Below are positions 53,901 to 64,000 of a DNA stretch of 64,000 nucleotides, in pieces. A model generated the notes under the pieces. The model was given only the letters and a program-made list of their open reading frames with translations, made no database searches and had not been told where the DNA came from. Each line of letters opens with the position of its first letter. Position 1 is the stretch's first letter. The position numbers and the translations under genes are program-made. Origin of the DNA: Eledone cirrhosa (taxonomy: Eukaryota); the NCBI GenBank assembly GCA_964016885.1, contig OZ024744.1, positions 123,566,001 to 123,630,000 on the forward strand. Reading direction: 5' to 3'.

Positions 53901-56900
53901 CTATACAAACAGTCTCCTGTCCTACACTCTACATCTGATTCTTCTTATACCTAGTTTCCCTCTCACTTCATCCATACACATCCCATGTCTATACCAACAC
54001 AGTCTCCTCTCCTACACACTACATCTGATTCCTCTTATACCTAGTTTCTCTCTCAGTTCATCACATGTCTATACTAACACAGTCACCTCTCCTACACACT
54101 ACATCTGATTCCTCTTATACCTAGTTTCTCTCTCAGTTCATCATTACACATCACATGTCTATACCAACACAGTCTCCTCTCCTACATACTACATCTGATT
54201 CCTGTTAAACCTAGTTTCTCTCTCAGTTCATCTATACACATCCCATGTCTATACCCAAACAATCACCTCTCCTACATCTGATCCCTCTTATAACTAGTTT
54301 CTCTCTCAGTTCATCCATACACATCACATGTCTATACCAACACAGTCTCCTCTCCTACACACTACATCTGATTCCTCTTAAACCCAGTTTCTCTCTCAGT
54401 TCATCCATACACATCACATGTCTATACAAACACAGTCACCTTTCCTACATCTGATTCCTCTTAAACCTAGTTTCTCTCTCAGTTCATCTATACACATCAC
54501 ATGTCTATACCAACACAGTCTCCACTCCTACATCTGATTCCTCTTATACCTAGTTTCTCTCTCAGTTCATCCATACACATCCCATGTCTATACTAACAGT
54601 CTCCTCTCCTACATCTGATTCCTCTTATACCTAGTTTCTCTCTCAGTTCATCCATACACATCCCATGTCTATACTAACACAGTCTCCTCTCCTACATCTG
54701 ATTCCTCTTATACCTAGTTTCTTTCTCAGTTCATCTATACACATCCCATGTCTATACTAACACTGTCTCCTCTCCTACATCTGATTCCTCTTATACCTAG
54801 TTTCTCTCTCAGTTCATCCATACACATCCCATGTCTATACTAACAGTCTCCTCTCCTACATCTGATTCCTCTTATACCTAGTTTCTCTCTCAGTTCATCC
54901 ATACACATCCCATGTCTATACTAACACGGTCTCCTCTCCTACATCTGATTCCTCTTATACCTAGTTTCTCTCTCAGTTCATCCATACACATCCCATGTCT
55001 ATACTAACACAGTCTCCTCTCCGACATCTGATTCCTCTTATACCTAGTTTCTTTCTCAGTTCATCCATACACATTCCATGTCTATACTAACAGTCTCCTC
55101 TCCGACATCTGATTCCTCTTATACCTAGTTTCTCTCTCACTTCATCCATACACATCCCATGTCTATACAAACACAGTCTTCTCTCCTACACACTACATCT
55201 GATTCCTCTTATACCTAGTTTCTCTCTCAGTTCATCATTACACATCACATGTCTATACCAACACAGTCTCCTCTCCTACACACTACATCTGATTCCTCTC
55301 ATACCTAGTTTCTCTCTCAGTTCATCCATACACATCACATGTCTATACCAACACAGTCTCCTCTCCTACACACTACATCTGATTCCTGTTAAACCTAGTT
55401 TCTCTCTCAGTTCATCTATACACATCCCATGTCTATACCCAAACAATCACCTCTCCTACATCTGATCCCTCTTATACCTAGTTCCTCTGTCAGTTCATCC
55501 ATACACATCACATGTCTATACCAACACAGTCTCCTCTCCTACATCTGATTCCTCTTATACCTAGTTTCTCTCTCAGTTCATCCATACACATCACATGTCT
55601 ATACCAACACAGTCTCCTCTCCTACACACTACATCTGATTCCTGTTATACATAGTTTCTCTCTCAGTTCATCCATACACATCACATGTCTATACCAACAC
55701 AGTCTCCTCTCCTACATCTGATTCCTCTTATACCTAGTTTCTCTCTCAGTTCATCCATACACATCACATGTCTATACCAACACAGTCTCCTATCCTACAC
55801 ACTACATCTGATTCCTCTTTTACCTTGTTTATCTCTCAGTTCATCCATACACATCCCCTGTCTATACCCACACAGTTACCTCTCCTACACACTACATCTG
55901 ATTCCTGTTAAACCTAGTTTCTCTCTCAGTTCATCTATACACATCCCCTGTCTATACCCACACAATCACCTCTCGTACATCTGATTCCTCTTCTAACTAG
56001 TTTCTCTCTCGGTTCATCCATACACATCACATGTCTATACCAACACAGTCTCCTCTCCTACACACTACATCTGATTCCTGTTATTCATAGTTTCTTTCTT
56101 AGTTCATCCATACACATCCCCTGTCTATACCAACACAGTCTCCTGTCCTACATCTGTTTCCTCTTATACCTAGTTTCTCTCTCAGTTCATCCATACACAT
56201 CCCATGTCTATACTAACAGTCTTCTCTCCTACATCTGATTCCTCTTATACCTAGTTTCTCTCTCAGTTCATCCATACACATTCCATGTCTCTACTAACAC
56301 AGTCTCCTCTCCTACATCTGATTCCTCTTAAACCTAGTTTCTCTCTCAGTTCATCTATACACATCCCATGTCTATACCAACACAATCACCTCTCCTACAT
56401 CTGTTTCCTCTTATACCTAGTTTCTCTCTCAGTTCATCCATACACATCACATGTCTATACAAACAGTCTCCTCTCCGACACACTACATCTGATTCTTCTC
56501 ATAGCTAGTTTCTCTCTCACTTCATCCATACACATCACATGTCTATACCAACACAGTCTCCTCTCCTACACACTACATCTGATTCCTCTTATACCTAGTT
56601 TCTCTCTCAGTTTATCCATACACATCACATGCCTATACCAACACAGTCTCCTCTCCTACACACTACATCTGATTCCTCTTATACATAGTTTCTCTCTCAG
56701 TTCATCCATACACATCACATGTCTATACAAACAGTCTCTTCTCCTACACACTACATCTGATTCTTCTCATACCTAGTTTCCCTCTCACTTCATCCATACA
56801 CATCCCATGTCTATACAAACACAGTCTTCTCTCCTACACACTACATCTGATTCCTCTTATACCTAGTTTCCCTCTCACTTCATCCATACACATCACATGT

Positions 56901-59900
56901 CTATACCAACACAGTCTCCTCTCCTACACACTACATCTGATTCCTCTTATACCTAGTTTCTCTCTCAGTTCATCATTACACATCACTTGTCTATACCATC
57001 ATAGTCTCCTCTCCTACACACTACATCTGATTCCTCTTATACCTTGTTCATCTCTGTTCATCACATGTCTATACCAACACAGTCTCCTCTCCTACACACT
57101 ACATCTGATTCCTCTTATACCTAGTTTCTCTCTCAGTTCATCCATACACATCACATGTCTATACCAACACAGTCTCCTCTCCTACACACTACATCTGATT
57201 CCTCTTATACCTAGTTTCTCTCTCAGTTCATCCATACACATCACATGTCTATACCAACACAGTCTCCTCTCCTACATCTGATTCCTCTTATACCTAGTTT
57301 CTCTCTCAGTTCATCTATACACATCCCATGTCTATACCAACACAATCACCTCTCCTACATCTGTTTCCTCTTATACCTAGTTTCTCTCTCAGTTCATCGA
57401 TACACATCACATGTCTATACCAACACAGTCTCCTCTCCTACATCTGATTCCTCTTATACCTAGTTTCTCTCCCAGTTCATCCATACACATCACATGTCTA
57501 TACAAACAGTCTCCTCTCCTACACACTACATCTGATTCTTCTTATACCTAGTTTCTCTCTCAGTTCATCCATACACATCACATATCTATACAAACAGTCT
57601 CTTCTCCTACACACTACATCTGATTCTTCTTATACCTAGTTTCCCTCTCAATTCATCCATACACATCCAATGTCTATACAAACACAGTCTTCTCTCCTAC
57701 ACACTACATCTGATTCCTCTCATACCTAGTTTCCCTCTCACTTCATCCATACACATCAGATGTCTATACCAACACAGTCTCCTCTCCTACACACTACATC
57801 TGATTCCTCTTATACCTAGTTTCTCTCTCAGTTCATCCATACACATCACATGTCTATACCAACACAGTCTCCTCTCCTACACACTACATCTGATTCCTCT
57901 TATACCTAGTTTCTCTCTCAGTTCATCATTACACATCACATGTCTATACCAACACAGTCTCCTCTCCTACACACTACATCTGATTCCTCTTATACCTTGT
58001 TTATCTCTGTTCATCACATGTCTATAACAACACAGTCTCCTCTCCTACACACTACATCTGATTCCTCTTATACCTAGTTTCTCTCTCAGTTCATCACATG
58101 TCTATACTAACACAGTCACCTCTCCTACATCTGATTCCTCTTATAACTAGTTTCTCTCTCAGTTCATCCATACACATCACATGTCTATACCAACACAGTC
58201 TCCTCTCCTACGCACTACATCTGATTCCTTTTAAACCTAGTTTCTCTCTCAGTTCATCCATACACATCCCATGTCTATACAAACACAGTCTCCTATCCTA
58301 CACACTACATCTGATTCCTCTTATACCTTGTTTATCTCTGTTCATCACATATCTATACCAACACAGTCTCCTCTCCTACACACTACATCTGATTCCTCTT
58401 TTACCTTGTTTATCTCTCAGTTCATCCATACACATCACATGTTTATACCAACACAGTCACCTCTCCTACACACTACATCTGATTCCTGTTAAACCTAGTT
58501 TCTCTCTCAGTTCATCTATACACATCCCCTGTCTATACCCACACAATCACCTCTCCTACATCTGATTCCTCTTATAACTAGTTTCTCTCTCAGTTCATCC
58601 ATACACATCACATGTCTATAAAAACACAGTCTCCTCTCCTACACACTACATCTGATTCCTGTTATTCATAGTTTCTTTCTTAGTTCATCCATACACATCC
58701 CCTGTCTATACCAACACAGTCTCCTGTCCTACATCTGATTCCTCTTATACCTAGTTTCTCTCTCAGTTCATCCATACACATCCCATGTCTATACTAACAC
58801 AGTCTCCTCTCCTACATCTGATTCCTCTTATACCTAGTTTCTGTTTCAGTTCATCCATACACATTCCATGTCTCTACTAACACAATCACCTCTCCTACAT
58901 CTGTTTCCTCTTATACCTAGTTTCTCTCCCAGTTCATCCATACACATCACATGTCTATACAAACTGTCTCCTCTCCTACACACTACATCTGATTCTTCTT
59001 ATACCTAGTTTCTCTCTCAGTTCATCCATACACATCACATGTCTATACAAACAGTCTCCTCTCCGACACACTACATCTGATTCTTCTCATAGCTAGTTTC
59101 TCTCTCACTTCATCCATACACATCACATGTCTATACCAACACAGTCTCCTCTCCTACACACTACATCTGATTCCTCTTATACCTAGTTTCTCTCTCAGTT
59201 TATCCATACACATCACATGCCTATACCAACACAGTCTCCTCTCCTACACACTACATCTGATTCCTCTTATACATAGTTTCTCTCTCAGTTCATCCATACA
59301 CATCACATGTCTATACAAACAGTCTCTTCTCCTACACACTACATCTGATTCTTCTTATACCTAGTTTCCCTCTCACTTCATCCATACACATCCCATGTCT
59401 ATACAAACACAGTCTTCTCTCCTACGTCTGATTCCTCTTAAACCTAGTTTCTCTCTCAGTTCATCTATACACATCCCATGTCTATACCAACACAATCACC
59501 TCTCCTACATCTGTTTCCTCTTATACCTAGTTTCTCTCTCAGTTCATCCATACACATCACATGTCTATACAAACAGTCTCCTCTCCGACACACTACATCT
59601 GATTCTTCTCATAGCTAGTTTCTCTCTCACTTCATCCATACACATCACATGTCTATACAAACAGTCTCCTCTCCGACACACTACATCTGATTCTTCTCAT
59701 AGCTAGTTTCTCTCTCACTTCATCCATACACATCACATGTCTATACCAACACAGTCTCCTCTCCTACACACTACATCTGATTCCTCTTATACCTAGTTTC
59801 TCTCTCAGTTTATCCATACACATCACATGCCTATACCAACACAGTCTCCTCTCCTACACACTACATCTGATTCCTCTTATACATAGTTTCTCTCTCAGTT

Positions 59901-62900
59901 CATCCATACACATCACATGTCTATACAAACAGTCTCTTCTCCTACACACTACATCTGATTCTTCTCATACCTAGTTTCCCTCTCACTTCATCCATACACA
60001 TCCCATGTCTATACAAACACAGTCTTCTCTCCTACACACTACATCTGATTCCTCTTATACCTAGTTTCCCTCTCACTTCATCCATACACATCACATGTCT
60101 ATACCAACACAGTCTCCTCTCCTACACACTACATCTGATTCCTCTTATACCTAGTTTCTCTCTCAGTTCATCATTACACATCACTTGTCTATACCATCAT
60201 AGTCTCCTCTCCTACACACTACATCTGATTCCTCTTATACCTTGTTCATCTCTGTTCATCACATGTCTATACCAACACAGTCTCCTCTCCTACACACTAC
60301 ATCTGATTCCTCTTATACCTAGTTTCTCTCTCAGTTCATCCATACACATCACATGTCTATACCAACACAGTCTCCTCTCCTACACACTACATCTGATTCC
60401 TCTTATACCTAGTTTCTCTCTCAGTTCATCCATACACATCACATGTCTATACCAACACAGTCTCCTCTCCTACATCTGATTCCTCTTATACCTAGTTTCT
60501 CTCTCAGTTCATCTATACACATCCCATGTCTATACCAACACAATCACCTCTCCTACATCTGTTTCCTCTTATACCTAGTTTCTCTCTCAGTTCATCGATA
60601 CACATCACATGTCTATACCAACACAGTCTCCTCTCCTACATCTGATTCCTCTTATACCTAGTTTCTCTCCCAGTTCATCCATACACATCACATGTCTATA
60701 CAAACAGTCTCCTCTCCTACACACTACATCTGATTCTTCTTATACCTAGTTTCTCTCTCAGTTCATCCATACACATCACATATCTATACAAACAGTCTCT
60801 TCTCCTACACACTACATCTGATTCTTCTTATACCTAGTTTCCCTCTCAATTCATCCATACACATCCAATGTCTATACAAACACAGTCTTCTCTCCTACAC
60901 ACTACATCTGATTCCTCTCATACCTAGTTTCCCTCTCACTTCATCCATACACATCAGATGTCTATACCAACACAGTCTCCTCTCCTACACACTACATCTG
61001 ATTCCTCTTATACCTAGTTTCTCTCTCAGTTCATCCATACACATCACATGTCTATACCAACACAGTCTCCTCTCCTACACACTACATCTGATTCCTCTTA
61101 TACCTAGTTTCTCTCTCAGTTCATCATTACACATCACATGTCTATACCAACACAGTCTCCTCTCCTACACACTACATCTGATTCCTCTTATACCTTGTTT
61201 ATCTCTGTTCATCACATGTCTATAACAACACAGTCTCCTCTCCTACACACTACATCTGATTCCTCTTATACCTAGTTTCTCTCTCAGTTCATCACATGTC
61301 TATACTAACACAGTCACCTCTCCTACATCTGATTCCTCTTATAACTAGTTTCTCTCTCAGTTCATCCATACACATCACATGTCTATACCAACACAGTCTC
61401 CTCTCCTACGCACTACATCTGATTCCTTTTAAACCTAGTTTCTCTCTCAGTTCATCCATACACATCCCATGTCTATACAAACACAGTCTCCTATCCTACA
61501 CACTACATCTGATTCCTCTTATACCTTGTTTATCTCTGTTCATCACATATCTATACCAACACAGTCTCCTCTCCTACACACTACATCTGATTCCTCTTTT
61601 ACCTTGTTTATCTCTCAGTTCATCCATACACATCACATGTTTATACCAACACAGTCACCTCTCCTACACACTACATCTGATTCCTGTTAAACCTAGTTTC
61701 TCTCTCAGTTCATCTATACACATCCCCTGTCTATACCCACACAATCACCTCTCCTACATCTGATTCCTCTTATAACTAGTTTCTCTCTCAGTTCATCCAT
61801 ACACATCACATGTCTATAAAAACACAGTCTCCTCTCCTACACACTACATCTGATTCCTGTTATTCATAGTTTCTTTCTTAGTTCATCCATACACATCCCC
61901 TGTCTATACCAACACAGTCTCCTGTCCTACATCTGATTCCTCTTATACCTAGTTTCTCTCTCAGTTCATCCATACACATCCCATGTCTATACTAACACAG
62001 TCTCCTCTCCTACATCTGATTCCTCTTATACCTAGTTTCTGTTTCAGTTCATCCATACACATTCCATGTCTCTACTAACACAATCACCTCTCCTACATCT
62101 GTTTCCTCTTATACCTAGTTTCTCTCCCAGTTCATCCATACACATCACATGTCTATACAAACAGTCTCCTCTCCTACACACTACATCTGATTCTTCTTAT
62201 ACCTAGTTTCTCTCTCAGTTCATCCATACACATCACATGTCTATACAAACAGTCTCCTCTCCGACACACTACATCTGATTCTTCTCATAGCTAGTTTCTC
62301 TCTCACTTCATCCATACACATCACATGTCTATACCAACACAGTCTCCTCTCCTACACACTACATCTGATTCCTCTTATACCTAGTTTCTCTCTCAGTTTA
62401 TCCATACACATCACATGCCTATACCAACACAGTCTCCTCTCCTACACACTACATCTGATTCCTCTTATACATAGTTTCTCTCTCAGTTCATCCATACACA
62501 TCACATGTCTATACAAACAGTCTCTTCTCCTACACACTACATCTGATTCTTCTTATACCTAGTTTCCCTCTCACTTCATCCATACACATCCCATGTCTAT
62601 ACAAACACAGTCTTCTCTCCTACGTCTGATTCCTCTTAAACCTAGTTTCTCTCTCAGTTCATCTATACACATCCCATGTCTATACCAACACAGTCACCTC
62701 TCCTACATCTGATTCCTCTTATACCTAGTTTCTCTCCCAGTTCATCCATACACATCACATTTCTATACAAACAGTCTCCTCTCCTACACACTACATCTGA
62801 TTCTTCTTATACCTAGTTTCTCTCTCAGTTCATCCATACACATCACATGTCTATACAAACAGTCTCCTGTCCTACACTCTACATCTGATTCTTCTTATAC

Positions 62901-64000
62901 CTAGTTTCCCTCTCACTTCATCCATACACATCCCATGTCTATACCAACACAGTCTCCTCTCCTACACACTACATCTGATTCCTCTTATACCTAGTTTCTC
63001 TCTCAGTTCATCATTACACATCACTTGTCTATACCATCAGTCTCCTCTCCTACACACTACATCTGATTCCTCTTATACCTTGTTCATCTCTGTTCATCAC
63101 ATGTCTATACCAACACAGTCTCCTCTCCTACACACTACATCTGATTCCTCTTATACCTAGTTTCTCTCTCAGTTCATCACATGTCTATACTAACACAGTC
63201 ACCTCTCCTACACACTACATCTGATTCCTCTTATACCTAGTTTCTCTCTCAGTTCATCCATACACATCACATGTCTATACCAACACAGTCTCCTCTCCTA
63301 CACACTACATCTGATTCCTCTTATACCTAGTTTCTCTCTCAGTTCATCCATACACATCACATGTCTATACCAACACAGTCTCCTCTCCTACATCTGATTC
63401 CTCTTATACCTAGTTTCTCTCTCAGTTTATCCATACACATCCCATGTCTATACTAACAGTCTCCTCTCCTACATCTGATTCCTCTTATACCTAGTTTCTT
63501 TCTCAGTTCATCCATACACATTCCTTGTCTCTACCAACACAGTCTCCTCTCCTACATCTGATTCCTCTTAAACCTAGTTTCTCTCTCAGTTCATCCATAC
63601 ACATCACATGTCGATAGAAACACAGTCTCCTCTCCTACGTCTGATTTCTCTTAAACCTAGTTTCTCTCTCAGTTCATCTATACACATCCCATGTCTATAC
63701 CAACACAATCACCTCTCCTACATCTGATTCCTCTTATACCTAGTTTCTCTCCCAGTTCATCCATACACGTCACATTTCTATACAAACAGTCTCCTCTCCT
63801 ACACACTACATCTGATTCTTCTTATACCTAGTTTCTCTCTCAGTTCATCCATACACATCACATGTCTATACAAACAGTCTCCTCTCCTACACACTACATC
63901 TGATTCTTCTCATACCTAGTTTCTCTCTCACTTCATCCATACACATCACATGTCTATACCAACACAGTCTCCTCTCCTACACACTACATCTGATTCCTCT
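41915..64000. repeat. >22 kb satellite, 90-bp monomer with 83/81/80-bp variants and higher-order repeats
   Basis: Monomer tctgattcctcttatacctagtttctctctcagttcatccatacacatcacatgtctataccaacacagtctcctctcctacacactaca; continues to window end. Confidence 0.97.

Noticed and set aside
42449-61763. Many His/Ser/Leu-rich ORFs in the satellite
   Set aside because: Translations of the tandem monomer; no protein features or splice context

Overview
Eukaryotic (animal) genomic DNA, probably a coleoid cephalopod/octopus judging from the repeat landscape (inference). The window lies inside one + strand gene, PIK3R4/VPS15: 10 short GT-AG exons with consistent phases encode the N-terminal pseudokinase domain and the first HEAT repeats. 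The gene starts before position 1 and continues past 64000. The introns are packed with repeats: three R4/Dong-like RLE LINE families (one with an intact ~1090-codon ORF), a Tx1/L1-like LINE, CR1 and RTE fragments, a tRNA-derived SINE family, mariner and piggyBac remnants/MITEs, Helitrons, two fold-back elements and a minimal hammerhead ribozyme. The most striking signal is that the tandem arrays are born from retroelement sequence. A >22 kb 90/83/81-bp satellite with kb-scale higher-order repeats and two 64-bp arrays both derive from the homologous 'ER..L.(W/Y)YGHV.RM' coding segment of two different RTE-clade LINE families.
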